A stretch of DNA of 64,000 nt from Marsupella aquatica (taxonomy: Eukaryota; Plantae; Marchantiophyta): assembly GCA_973895155.1 (NCBI GenBank), contig OZ316893.1, forward strand, positions 8,084,963-8,148,962, written 5' to 3'. Positions 1 through 12,800 of the stretch are shown here, in pieces. The translations under genes and the position numbers were made by a program. The notes under the pieces were generated by a model, which saw nothing but the letters and a program-made list of their open reading frames with translations, was not told where the DNA came from and made no database searches. Position 1 is the first letter of the stretch. The number at the start of each line of letters is the position of its first letter.

Positions 1-795
1 GGGCCTTGCTTGTCATTATTGAAAATCTATAAGTACTTCGGGTGACCCAAATTACTCACTTCCAAAATGTGAATGTCGCATCCGCAGATGTGTGCCCTTC
101 CACAGCCTTCTGAGCTTGGTCATTCTCGTCCGTTCATCAAATGAGTCAATCTATGGTTGAAAATTCAGATCATTTTTGAGATCTACATCTGAAAAAAACC
201 AGATTATTAGATGATGAAAAATGAGGGAGAAAATTGATAAAAACAGTCCAAACAAATTCATTGGTGGAGGCCAAAAATTTGAATTATGTTGAATTTTTGG
301 GCAAGTTGGGCAGGGACAGGTGGCCTGGGTTACCATCAGGTGATCGGGAAAATATTCACACAATCCACTACTATTTTCTTGGTCCGTTTTGGGAAGTCAA
401 TGAAAGACCGACGCGGTGGTGGGCATAAAGTTGCTCCTGGCAGAGTAACGATGTAGACGGGGATGTAGAGCGCCGACAATTTGCGAATTGTAGTGGCAGT
501 GGCTTGCTGATTCTCAATAGCCAAAGAGGTATTTTTACTTGCTTCCACATATTTCAGGATGGCCATTAAAAAAATTCCAGACCTTTGTCCAGACCTTCAT
601 GTTTCATCTCACCTCAACATCTTGCCCTCTTGTTGACATCTTGCCCTCACCTCAAAAACTTGCCCTCACCTCGACCGGGGACCTCGACATCTTGCCTCTT
701 CTCGACATCTTGCCCTCACCTCAAAATCTTGCCCTCTCCTCGACATCTTGCTCTCACCTCAAAATCTTTCGTGCAACGGACGGGCATGGGGCGAG
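1..795 (+). mobile_element. Degenerate Helitron, 3' portion
   Basis: The terminus cgtgcaacggacgggcatggggCGAG|T (770-796) resembles the Helitron hairpin plus CTRR end. The paralogous empty site at 16251 reads ca|tgtag (an A|T target), and homology resumes at 796. Fragments EAKNLNYVEF and VIGKIF..P..YYFL (265-390) weakly resemble Rep-helicase motifs. Confidence 0.55.
610..767 (+). repeat. Degenerate ~19-bp tandem repeat (core CATCTTGCCCTCACCTC)
   Basis: About 8 imperfect units, immediately upstream of the putative Helitron end. Confidence 0.85.
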
Positions 796-959
796 TGTAG
801 ACTATGACATATGTCCCTGTCCCCCATACTCATACAATGCCCATCCAGTCTGGCTCCCATGAATGCAACTTCTACAGAAAATCATGGTCCACAATCATTC
901 ATTTTGGCAGCATATATCTTGGCTTGCTACAACTCAAAGCAACCTTCCATATCCTGATA

Positions 960-1330
960 ACTAAGAACTATTGAGGTTGTTTCCAAGGAAGAACTATTTG
1001 AGCTTATACTTCAGAAACTCTACCAAATTTAACCCAAGGGCAAGGCCATTCCCATAGTGATAGTTGTCTTTATCTCCAGGTTTGACTCTGAGTGCCCACA
1101 CAGCATTGGCCCGGGCTCTATTATGGTCCCCCAGCAAATACTTGACATAGCCATAGTCTATGAATTCCTGAAACAGTGTGGTCTGCAAGTACCCCTTCCA
1201 GATCCAAATCTGCAAGTGCACCTTCCATGTCTCCTAGCATTTGTTTCAGGATGCTTCTCTCCTGGAACCCAAAATTAGCTTATTTACATATGTGAGCACC
1301 ATGTATGAATCTCTGTGCCTTGCTTTCTGC
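960..1330 (-). pseudogene. Decayed TPR exon(s) downstream of ARM ORF A
   Basis: Reads QERSILKQMLGDMEGALADLD, then after a frameshift GYVKYLLGDHNRARANAVWALRVKP. This is a TPR helix-pair pattern with frameshifts and stops. Confidence 0.6.
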
Positions 1331-1699
1331 ACATCAAAGACACCAAGTAGATTCTGATGAGAAAAGAACTGAATTGCCAAGGGAAGATATTACAAAGGTA
1401 CCGCAAATGGCTGTCTTGCTGGTAAAAACTAAAAATCAAACAGGCCTCAGAAACCTTCAAGAACTTTCATCACAGCTTGCATACAAGGATGAACTCTCTG
1501 TCAGCTTCAAGGCTAATTTTGAAGCCATGATCTGTTCTAATTAAACAAATTATTGTATGTTACTTCTACCAACTAAGTGGTAAGATCCTTAACCCTAAAA
1601 GATAACAAATTCTGGATAACTAAACACCTTGGTATCTTCATAAGCCTGAAGTGCAAACTCATAGTTCACATGCTTCTAATATCAATAGTCATAATGCAG

Positions 1700-3454
1700 T
1701 CAATACAAGATTTTTGTACCTTGGCTGACATCCTCTGCTGAGGACACCAAAAGTCTGTCAATGACATCTGGGTAGCGGCTGATCTTGATCCTGTTTTCAA
1801 CATCCAAGGATAACTGTCCTAATGTGAAAGCTGCCAGCTCTTGTACATCCTCCCTTACATCCTTGGCCAAGAGCTCCACAAGTCTATCAATCACATTTGG
1901 AAATTGGCTGATGTTGATTCTATTTTCAGCATCCATGGCCAACTGGCCCAATATGAAGGCTGCTGCTCCTTGTACATCCTCCCTCACATCCTCAGCCAAG
2001 AGAGCCACAAGTCCCACAATTGCATCTGGAAATTGGCCAATTTTGATCCTGTTTTCGAGATGCATGGCCAACTGTCGTAATGTGAAAGCTGCCGACCCTT
2101 GTACATCCTCCCTTACATCCTCTGCCAACAGTGCCACAACTCTCACAATCGCATTTGGAAATTGGCCGATCTGGATCCTGTTTTCAACATCCATGGCCAA
2201 CTGTTCTAATGTGAAAGATGCTGCCCCTTGTACGTTCTCTCGTACATCCTCGGCCAAGAGCGCCACAAGTCTTCCGATGGCATTTGGATATTGGCCAATC
2301 TGGATCCTGTTTTCAACATCCATGGACAATTGTCGTAATGTGAGACATGCTGATGCTTGTACATCATGCCTTACATCCTCGGCCAAGAGTGCCACAAGTG
2401 TCCCAATCGCATTTGGAAACTGGCCAATCTTGGTCCTGTTTTCGACATTCATGGCCAACTGTCGTAATGTGAATGCTGCCGACCCTTGTACATCCTCCCT
2501 TACATCCTTGGCCAAGAGGGCCACAAGTCTCTCAATGGTATTTGGAAATTGGCCAATCTGGATCCTGTTTTCAACATCCATGGACAACACTCTTAATGTG
2601 AGAGCCACCGACACTTGTACATCCTCCCTTACATCCTTGGCCAAGAGCGCCACAAGTCTCATAATCGCATTTGGATATTGGCCGATCTTGGTCCTGTTTC
2701 CAACATCCATGGCCAACTGTCTTAGTGTGAAAGCTGCCGGCCCTTTTACATCCTCCCTTACATTCTTAGCCAAGAGGGCCACAAGTCTCCCAATGGCATT
2801 TGGGAATTGGCCTATCTGGATCCTATTTTCAACATTTATGGACAACTGTCGTAATGTGAGAGCTGCTGACACTTGTACATCCTCCCTTACATCCTCTGCT
2901 AAGAGCCCCACAAGTCTCCTAATTGCATTTGGAAATTGACCGATCTTGGTCCTGTTTCCAGCATCCATGGCCAACTGTCCTAATGTGCAAGCAACATTCC
3001 CTTGGTCATCCTCACTTACATCCTCAGCCAAGAGCGCCAGAAGTCTGCGAATCACATCCTGGCTCACATCCTCTTCGCCGAAGAGAGCCGCAAGTCTCTC
3101 AGTTATATTTGGAAATTGGCTGATCTTGAAGCTGTTTACAACATCTGTAGTGAGCTCTCGTAATGTGGAAGCCGCTATCAGCGCATCCTTGGTGACGTCG
3201 TCCGCCTGGAGTCTTCCAATGACACCGGGAATGCGGGCGGGAATGACGTCTGGAGATTTGAGCACGGAGCCTGAGAGAACATTTTGAGCAATGGTCTTCG
3301 GAGATCCAAGGACGGAGCCTGAGAAAACATTGCGATCGCACTGGGGATTAATAGTCATAATTAATCGATAAGAGCAAGTTGGGTTTGAAAAGCTCCATCT
3401 AGGACGTTGCCTGAACTCTTTCGGAATTCCGGACCTAACCATCAAAGACAACAT
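1700..3454 (-). CDS. ARM-repeat protein A (584 aa) with ~10 highly similar 43-aa repeats
   Basis: Uninterrupted ORF with a 129-bp period. Consensus FPNAIxRLVALLAEDVREDVQxxAAxTLxQLAMDVENRxKIGQ fits the armadillo helix pattern. The true start and any splicing at the ends are uncertain. Confidence 0.85.
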   Translation of the reverse strand: MLSLMVRSGIPKEFRQRPRWSFSNPTCSYRLIMTINPQCDRNVFSGSVLGSPKTIAQNVLSGSVLKSPDVIPARIPGVIGRLQADDVTKDALIAASTLRELTTDVVNSFKISQFPNITERLAALFGEEDVSQDVIRRLLALLAEDVSEDDQGNVACTLGQLAMDAGNRTKIGQFPNAIRRLVGLLAEDVREDVQVSAALTLRQLSINVENRIQIGQFPNAIGRLVALLAKNVREDVKGPAAFTLRQLAMDVGNRTKIGQYPNAIMRLVALLAKDVREDVQVSVALTLRVLSMDVENRIQIGQFPNTIERLVALLAKDVREDVQGSAAFTLRQLAMNVENRTKIGQFPNAIGTLVALLAEDVRHDVQASACLTLRQLSMDVENRIQIGQYPNAIGRLVALLAEDVRENVQGAASFTLEQLAMDVENRIQIGQFPNAIVRVVALLAEDVREDVQGSAAFTLRQLAMHLENRIKIGQFPDAIVGLVALLAEDVREDVQGAAAFILGQLAMDAENRINISQFPNVIDRLVELLAKDVREDVQELAAFTLGQLSLDVENRIKISRYPDVIDRLLVSSAEDVSQGTKILY

Positions 3455-4262
3455 TCAGTCTGGCGACAGGGAAGCTATCTAGCCACGGACACAGCAAACT
3501 GATATCGGGACCTATGGGCTCATCTGAGCTGCAACGTGACACCGAATCCAAAACGATCACGTATGTATATTGCCGGTTATTAAGTTCATTCATTAACATG
3601 ACATCCCAAGCAACTCGGTTAGATGTTCAAAACCTTGGTTTTTCTTTCGAATCAAGCACCACAGAAAAGAAAAGAATAAAAAACTTGCGGATGCTAGTGT
3701 TGGATGCCAGACAACAAATTGACTAAATTTAACAACAAAGAACTTTAACCAACTCAATTAACATGACTTCCAAAACCACCAAGATCAGCACCTTGATTTA
3801 ATGAGACGAACTACAGTAATTATCGCGTTCAAACGTGAATTGATGCGAAAAGGAAAGATAAGTAGATTGCGCGCCAACATCCGAATGAGTCTAAATGCAA
3901 ATACTTCATTCTGTTAGCATTCATATTTTAGAAGCGAATCTCTGGCAAAGAGCTGACCTTCTTTCTGAATACTTCCGAAAATCTTGGTACAATCTTCCGC
4001 AGCTGGTGACGCTTGTGGAGTGCGAGCATCATGACCGGGATCGTGACCTGGATAGGATTAAACACAAACTTATTGTTACGATGGATTTGTGGCCTAGATG
4101 AGTAGACCAAATTTTACAATTATCCACAGTCGAAAAGCATGACAATTCATTGACGGGGCAAAGTCAACATAAATCCACTTTCATTGGAAGCTCGAGCTCA
4201 AGCTCGACGATATTACTTTCATTGCAGCTTGCGGAAGTTACTTACGACATTTCGCCAACTTT

Positions 4263-4637
4263 GGTCTCGCCTTGTTATGAAAGAAACCGGGGAAAGAAAA
4301 TCTTACTCCGCATTCTCAGAACCTCAGGATCACGAAGTAGAGGATCCTCGCGTCGGATGACCGACGAATCTGGGCATCGTGTGACGTCAGGATCTTCCGA
4401 ATGTAGTGTTTTTCTGTGATCCAAATCTCTTATGGAAATGGGAAGTCGCCATCCTCTGTACTTCAGGTAATAAATTATCTCGAAGCCAACGTAGCTAGCA
4501 GCAATAAGCGCAACTATAATCAGCCATCTCGTTAGCAGGGACGTGTACTTTTGCAGCGGAGGGGATATATCATTACTAATGACATTAACAACAACAGGCA
4601 TCAGCATAATCACTACCGTAAATTTTAGAAGTCGCAT
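4263..4637 (-). pseudogene. 5' fragment of the multi-TM gene (paralog of 20455-23864), truncated by deletion
   Basis: MRLLKFTVVIMLMPVVVNVISNDISPPLQKYTSLLTRWLIIVALIAA is near-identical to the ORF at 23864. At ~4262 homology jumps from ~23503 to ~20240. Confidence 0.75.
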
Positions 4638-5084
4638 TTTGTTGTTATCGCTGTGGGCCAACCCAGACAAGTGCTTGCATGACGTTCCTACAAGTTTTGT
4701 ACTAAAAACCTACAATACCTAGTACCTCGTACAATACGGTACTAGGAGGAAACTCTGATGAACTCCCGGCTCGAACTTCATGCCCGGGGAACTGAAAGAA
4801 CGCAAATAGCCATGCTAAATCCCGGGCCATGAAGGTTGGTATGAGGATAGATGGCGAATCACGGGAATCTCCAAGTTCTAAGGATTATAGTCTAATTTTT
4901 CTCACCAAAAACGGTCATGAAATCGTAGAGCTCCCTGTAATAAGTACTCGTAAACCATGATCCACTCAAGCGCGAGTTTAAGGATCGATGGACAGACGCC
5001 CTTAATTAGTACTCCGCAGAAGCGTGGATAACCTCCCCTGAGCTAGACCCCGAGCATTAAAAATTGTCGGCTTCTGATAGTCCT

Positions 5085-5760
5085 CTTCATGGGGGCTGTA
5101 CTCGACGACGTGGACTTCAAAGGCTATGTAGTGTCGAATCTACCCATGGTATACTCATACAAGAACTGTCCCAACCGGCAATACCCATCAGCGGGAGGAG
5201 AGAATCGACGCAGACGATGGCAGCCTCATACTCCAAAAGGTGACGCGAGTGAGGGATAATAAGTCCTCAATTTGACACCCTGAACACCACAACGAGTCAT
5301 GACATGCATAGCTCGCGATCCCGGCAGCAAAAAGACGTCCATGTAATATGAATTGACTTTACAGAAGTCCTGAAGAAACTACAGATTTTCGTCTGTCTGT
5401 GATACCTGTATACGATGTGATTCAACGAATTCTAGCCCCTTCAATCCGCAAGGACGGCAGCAGATATAGTGGACCATTTTGTCGGGAGGATTGTCTGAGC
5501 TATCTCCGGCCCTGATCGATACCCGAGTCCTATGCCCCACAGATTTAACTCGACGGTGCACGACTTCCTTCTCAACGCACTCTCGAAGTTCACACGGGAA
5601 GAGGTTCCAACTACATGAAACAGCGCCCCGGCCGGCTGGGTTTATTTGTGCGATCCTCAGTCCCTTCTCCGTCTGCATTGTCATCCTCGGCATTGCTATC
5701 TCCCTTTCTGTTAGGTGGATGACGAGAGATTCGGGCTTCTTTTTGCATCTTGCCTGAGGT
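5085..5760 (-). pseudogene. Degenerate, possibly coding Cys-rich segment (paralog at 24350-25100)
   Basis: SWNLFPCELRECVEKEVV, CSGCxIE and YCRLGQFxY are shared by both copies but broken by stops and frameshifts. Strand and family are uncertain. Confidence 0.3.
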
Positions 5761-6040
5761 GGGTTACCGAGAAGCTCTCAAGAAGCGCGACTTTGTGCAA
5801 ATTCCGCACCATTAGATGCTGCATCCTTGGATTTCATCATCAACTTTCACAGCCGCCTACAGAGTCTACGCCTGGATCTAGCTGAGCTACCCAAATTGTT
5901 GACAGATACTACACTCCACCTAGTCTGCCAGCAGCGAAAAACTGGTCCCACAATTCAATCTCGGAATCTCCACTGCAATTGGACCTTGGAGTGGTACTCA
6001 ACCGCGTGATAACGAAAGTATTGATCATAATCTGTAAGTA

Positions 6041-6461
6041 GGATCTCTTTAAGTGCACACTCCCGGGAAGAAGCAGCCCGGTGTGCACGAAAGAGGATTT
6101 GCACTAAGTGATAAGTGCAAACCGGTAGAACTGTGCACTTGTTGGTAAGAGAGTGTGTTCCACAGTGCAAAAAGTGCAGATGTATTTTGGTCCTTGCTCT
6201 AAATAGGATGTCCCACTCCATAAGTGCATTTTTTACTCTATCAACAACTGGCTTGCACTTATCAATAAATATAATTTGATGGGATTGTGCGCTTACTGGT
6301 AAGTGTACATGTGCACTTATGGAGGGGTTTCACTTATAAAGTTGTTTTATAGGGGAACGTTTCAGGCCTGTTTGTTTACAAAAGGTGCAAAAAAGTGAAA
6401 AACAAGATATCTTGCAGTGATCCAGGGTTTTCACTTATGGAATTTGCGCTTAGAGGAAGCC
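6041..6461. mobile_element. MITE-like insertion
   Basis: Absent from copy B (around 25450-25460). Imperfect terminal inverted repeats (16/23 match) and many internal AAGTGCA/TGCACTT motifs. No clear TSD. Confidence 0.55.
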
Positions 6462-8345
6462 GACTGAAGTGGTCAAGAGTTGGCGCGACTTTTCTACATA
6501 CACACGTTATTCTAGATTTTATCAGACAACAGTATAATCGAGATGTCCAGAATCACGCAGTGGATAGAACCCAGGATAGGATAGGTTGCTTACAATCATC
6601 ATGGTGATGCTTGAGAAGGGTCCACAGACTACACTGAGAGTTCATTCCTGAAAAACTCCTTGGTCCCCTTTTCTTCACTTCCACTAGTGTAGCTTCTCAC
6701 TGGGTTGACCATTTTTGTTTGGTGAATGAGACTAGACTAGCCTAGACTAGACTAAGTTTGGTGAATGAGTCTACACTAGACTAGTCAGAATGACCCTGCT
6801 TTGCTTCTAATAGATGGTGGGTACCAATCGCCCATTTCCAATTTCACCCTAGCTCAAAGGTGCATGTGCCCCCAATGGTCTACTATGGAGTGAGTCAAGA
6901 ATCTTCACTCTAGATCTTAGGCCCATATTATAGTTTCCCATTTACCCTTTATTAAACAGATTGTCATCTTGCTTTTCAGATATCACCACCTTCCACATTT
7001 TGGGATTAATTATTAAGATGACATTTTGTTTGCCATGGGTTAAGTAACTTACCTGTTCAACCAGAGAAGATGCTATGACCTGGGCCCGGAGGGGGATTTC
7101 ACTTCCAAAAAAATGGCACATCACGTGCAACAAATGATAAGGTCATTTTATTAGTTTGAAGGGAAGACCTAAGAATTTTATCAGAAAAACAATATGGTCT
7201 TTTAAATTCAATTTTGAGATTTATAAGAACATTGGGGTCTTTCTAATAAACCAAATTTTTAGAATATTCCAAGAATATTTCAATTTTATAAGGGTTGAAA
7301 ATTTTCAAAAAATCTTACATTTTAGGGGCGCCAAGGCCAAAAAACTTCACAAGTGATGGGGAGGCATCCATATCTAGTGAGACCCCCGAGGCTACGGCTC
7401 TGAGATCATCACATTGGAGGATAAGTGACAGTTCCCATCAGTCACCTTAAGAGCAAGAGGGTGGATGAGGGTCAAGGAGGTCACTCAGGAAATATAGAGG
7501 CAATGGTGGGGCTCGTCATGGGAGTGAAACCCTGCTCTAGCCGGGGCTCTAGCATTCCAGTAATGGGGGTAAGTGAGTGAAGGTAGCCTTCAAATGCTTT
7601 GATGTAACAATCTCAGAGCCCTAAGATATTTTGTGGCTATATTTGACAAAACAATGTGGCCATATAGAAAAACCCATTTTATCCAATGGACATTACTTAG
7701 AAGATGTTGCAAGTCAAATGGACAATATGGAGCTCACTGGTTTGAAACTTTTTCCTAAACAATGATGGGCATTCAGAAGATGTTTCAAGGCAAAGGTAGA
7801 ATGACATTAAAAAATAAAAGCGTAGAATTTTGAGCTCTTGGTCGAGCTTATACTGGTTTTCACTCTTTTTATCAATGTCACTAAGAACATGTTTCAGGGC
7901 CAAATGACAACTTCAGCTCAAAGGTGCATGTACCTGGTAAGCTTTGATCCCATGCCAGGCGTTCATTTTCAACAAGTAAAGTGAAAATGTGCTTCCTTGC
8001 TGTCCACTTTGGGAGCCATTCGTTCACCGCCCTGTTCACATTTTCATTTGGAAAGTTTTGTGTCTTCAGGACTTTCAGTGAAGCAACTTTCCTTTGTCTG
8101 GTAAGTGGGTCACTAGTTTTGGAGTGACTCAATACTATCGAGTGAATTACTCACACTTCTGGCTCTTTATTGTGTATCTCTAGTAATGGGGGATTCTCTC
8201 ATACTCTCTGCATGTTATTATTACAGAGTTTCTTTTTTCATGTGTAGTTTGCAGAAGTGCAACCCCAATGCAAGCCTCTTATATATTTTCTATTGAGAAT
8301 TATATATTTTGATTATTTTCTAGGGCCCTATTTAGGGTGGACTCC

Positions 8346-8669
8346 TGTTAGGGTTTCGATTCAACCTTGGCTAGGTTAACTAGAGTAAGTTAACCGGAGT
8401 AACATTAGTTGACTAGACTCTTCATGAAGGGATAACCCTCTTGGTGTCCCATGGAGAGAGAACACTTAGTTGAGAACTTTGTGAGAGAGAGAGAGAGAGC
8501 TTGGACCATGGAGCTATGGTGATATGTACTTTTCGTGTTCATATTGAAGCTCTTGGTGCGGCCGTGGACGTAGCCTTGACGGGGTGAACCACGTATCTTT
8601 GTGTCGGTGTACCGGAGTGTTGTATGATTGATGATTGTGAGACGTCATGCTGTCCGTTTCAATCCTATA
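8346..8669 (+). repeat. Copia 5' LTR
   Basis: TGTTAGGG...CCTATA; direct repeat of 15079-15406, roughly 5% diverged by eye. Confidence 0.95.
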
Positions 8670-9833
8670 ATTGGTATCAGAGCTTCGGTTTGGGATGAGC
8701 TAATGTCTTAACGATTTTTGGGGGCACGGTGGAACTGTGAACATTGACATACAAAGTGGTGATCGGATAAGGAGGCCTACGGAGTGGAAACTTGCACGTT
8801 GAGTTGAGAGATTGTTCACATATGGCTAAGCAATTTCAATCTTCATATTAGACGGTTTTTCGACGGTTTTTGAGGTCCCGACTTGATTACCGAGGGGAAC
8901 GTGGCTTTCGTGATATGATTTGGTTTCTTGTAAGACGTTCGTGATCATTAAAGGAAAGTTGGTGCGAGTGGTGTTGCTTTGGAATGCGGTGGTGAAGAAA
9001 TCAATGTGTTTCATTGAGTTGTCGCGCAAAACTCTTGGATTGAGTTGAGCTCAAAATTTCTGGCTATGGTGGCTAGGTCAAAATCAGTGATCTGAATCGA
9101 ATTTGATCTCCCTCAATTCTTCATCGTTTTTAGAGTTCTTTATATCGATTTGAAGCGCCTTGAAGTCTAGTTTCAGAATCTGAAATAGGGTTTGCTTTTT
9201 GTTAAAACCCCAAAGAGATATCTTAGATATCCCGCCGGGGGGTAAGTCTGCCACAAGTATTTACTCGCCCGGGATGGCGCACGGACGTGAAAAAATGGTC
9301 GAGGGGGTGACAGGGGGCCAAGGGGGCACGTGGCAGCCCCAGGGCAGCTCTGAAAAATTTCCCACAGGGCTTGTACAAGGGTTGCAGGAATTTAAGGAAA
9401 AGATACTTTTCCAACAAGCTCGTTTTTGCGACGGAATCAAAATTTAGGCAAATCATTCGATGTTGTATCGACACAATATTTTGCAAGGGCATACTTGAGG
9501 GAGTTGAGTAGGGGCTTGTACAAACTATTTGTCAAACCAACTTTTCTTGCGGATTTGAGTGAATTGATTCTCCTCGGGGCTCCAATTTTGATGTTTTGAC
9601 CCCCTCTTACTCGGCGGTAAAAATATCTCAACTGAGATATATTTTTGCCAAACGGATTTTGGGATAAAATTTGATACCTTCTAGGGTATCCAGGGGTGCT
9701 TTTGGATTTCAATTTCAGCAACTTTCATTTTTGGTCATTTTGTGGCTGACGCTGTCGTGCTGCCATGCAAATTTGCGTGAAATTGAGAAGCTGCAAAGTG
9801 ATTTTTGGCACTTCAAGGTCCTAGGGGTATACA

Positions 9834-12800
9834 ATGGCTCCATCAAAAGTTACTAGTACCAAATATGAGGTGGAGAAGTTTATCGGCCATAACAATTTTA
9901 CGTTATGGCAAGTTCAAATGCAAGACGTGTTAGTTTCGCAAGGTTTGGGCGCAGCATTGAAAAGTCAACCATTGGGCATGTCTGAGGAGGATTGGGAGGA
10001 CATCTGTGCATGAGCTCTTAGCTTGATTCGGTTGCACTTGGCATCTGATGTTCTACTCCAAGTGTTGATTGAGGATTCACCGACAAAGCTGTGGGAACGA
10101 CTCAAACAGATGTACCAAAAGAAATTCTTGGCAACTTGCTTATACACTACCTTGAAGTTGATGACACTGCACATGATGGAAGGTACAAAACTTGCCGATC
10201 ATATTGATACCTTTAACTTGATAGTGTCCGAGTTGGCCACTCTCGATGAAAAAGTTGAAGACGAGAAGAAAACTTTGTTTCTTCTTATCTCCTTGCCCAA
10301 ATTGTACAAGCATTTGACTCAGACCATACTCTATGGTAAGGATCAGATTTCCTATGATGAGATGGTGAGCATTCTTCTTGCGGATGACAGTAGGAAGAAA
10401 ATGCATGTAACATCTCATGCTTCCTCTTCTGCTTTATCAGTAACGAAGAGTCGATTTAAACAAAAAATATCAATTCCTCAACGCTCTCGATCCAAGATTT
10501 TGGATTCAAAAGGTGTGGAGTGTTGGAATTGTGGCAAGACAGGCCACATCAAAAAGAATTGCAAAAACAAACCAAAGATTGTTTTTCATCAGCTAGTTTG
10601 GTTGTGTCTGATGAATAAGGATTTACTTTGTGCACCGATTCTTCTATTGTGCATGAACTTGATTGGATTTTGGATTCTGCTTGTTCTTATCACATGACTC
10701 CAACAAGAGCTTCTTTTCATTCCTATGAATCCACTACCGGAAGTGTCTTGATGAGGAATGATCAACCCTGCCAGATAATTGGCATGGGTACAGTAAAAAT
10801 TCAGATGTCTGATGGCGTTCTTCGAACGTTAACAAATGTCAAACATATTCCTCATCTCAAAAGAAATTTGATTTCTCTTGGAGCTTTGGACACTGTTGGA
10901 TGTCAGTGGAGTACAGTTGATGGCATTTTGCAAGTGAAGAACGGATCTCTCAATGTCATGAAAGCCAAAAAGAAGGGAAATTTATATATCTTGGATGGAG
11001 ACACCATCCTTGGCAATGTTAATGTGGTTTCATCAAAGGAGAACCAGACACGCTTGTGGCATGCATGACTAGGTCATATGAGTGAACAAGGATTGGCGGT
11101 GTTGTGTAAGCAGAAACTCTTGCCCGATGCAAAGTCTTGCAAGCTAGAATTTTGTCAGCATTGTATTCTTGGCAAGCAGCATCGTGTAAGTTTTAACATT
11201 GTTCATCATACCTCCAAGGATATACTCGATTATATTCATTCTGATGTGTGGAAACCCCCTGTTCTTTCCATTTCAGGCATGAAATACTATGTCTCATTTA
11301 TTGATGACTATTCACACATGATTTGGATTTATTTCATGCGTGAGAAGTCGAAGGTGTTTCCAATCTTCAAGAAGTGGAAAACATAGGTTGAGACACAAAC
11401 GGGAAAGAAGGTGAAGTATCTTCGCTCAGACAATGGTGGTGAGTATATTTCCAAGGAGTTCAACCTCTATTGTGAGCATGAAGGCATTACTCGACATAAT
11501 TTGACCAATGTGTATACTCCATAGTAAAATAGTGTTGTAGAACGGCTCAACAGAATCTTGTTGGAGCATTCGCGGAGTATATTAAGTCAAGCAAGTCTTC
11601 CACAAATCTTTTGGGCTGAAGCTGTTAATACGACAACGTATTTGCTAACTTTATCTCCAGTTAGCAGCATTGGTTGTAAAACTCCTTTTGAGATGTGGCA
11701 CCAAAGACCTACTAATTATACCAAACTACGTGTGTTTGGTTGTGAGGTATATGCTTTCTTGCCTCCAATATCATGCACTAAATTTGATCCAAAGTCTGTG
11801 CAGTGCATATTTCTTGGTTATCAAAAAGGAGTGAAAGGGTATCGCCTATGGGACCCTTTGGCACAAAAGCTGGTAGTCAGCTTCAATGTCTCATTCAATG
11901 AGGTTTCCTCATTGAAAGAGGGGGAGAAAATGGTGGAAACTCCAGATGTTGACAGGATTGAGGGGGAGATTGAGCATGAATATGCTCACATGTAAACCAG
12001 TGTCAACGCCAACACCAGTACCAGCAGCATCAGAACCAACTGCTGAAGTGTCAGAATCATCAAGGAGATCTTCATCAAGACCTCACAAGGAGCCTACACG
12101 ATTTGGAATTTGGTTTCTATCTGACTACATGGATATTGATGATGAAGATGTTGATGATTCTTGGAATGTGTTGATCATTGAGGATGGAGAACCATCCACT
12201 TATTCAGAGGCCATGGCTTCCCTTGAGAAGCCAGAATGGATTGCCGCCATGAATAAAGAAATGAAGTCACTCTATGACAACAAGACGTGGCAACTAGAAG
12301 AGCTGCCTCAAGAAAAGCAAATAGTTGATTACAAGTGGGTGTATAAGGTGAAAGAAGGAGGTAGTGATCACGAGGAGAAGATTTACAAGGCAAGGCTGGT
12401 TGCCAAGGATTTTACACAACGCAAAGGTGTGGACTATAGTGATGTCTTCTCTCCAGTGATCACACAAGCTACCCTTTGCTTACTCATGACACTTGTGGTT
12501 ATTTTTTTATCTCTGCTTGGAACAGATGGATGTTGACATAGTTTTCCTATATGGTTTGCTAGAAGAGGTGATCTTCATGAGACAGCCTTAAGGGTATGTC
12601 AAAAGAGGCAAGGAGCATCTGGTGTGCAAGCTGTTAAAATCCTTTTATGGATTGAAACAAAGTCCAAGACAGTGGAACAAGAGGTTCAAAGATTTTATGT
12701 TGTCACTTGGATTTATTCAAAGTGTGCATGACTGCTATCTATACATGAAGAGAGTGAATGATAAAACTTTTGGTTTTATCTTGCTAGCTCTAGTCGCGAA

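Larger units (their letters stand above)
796..6637. repeat. Tandem segmental duplication, copy A
   Basis: Collinear similarity to 16253-25622: 806-950 vs 16265-16420, 3690-4260 vs 19668-20240, 4310-4640 vs 23537-23870, 5490-5610 vs 24790-24905, and 6476-6632 vs 25461-25620. Confidence 0.9.

Noticed and set aside
610-767. CRISPR-like array
   Set aside because: Contiguous degenerate units without unique spacers, eukaryotic context and no cas genes.
1785-3287. Long plus-strand Ser/Thr-rich ORFs (also 17411-17962 and 18722-19174)
   Set aside because: Antisense shadows of the ARM repeats; a stop-free unit propagates through the array, and the frame is broken in array B.
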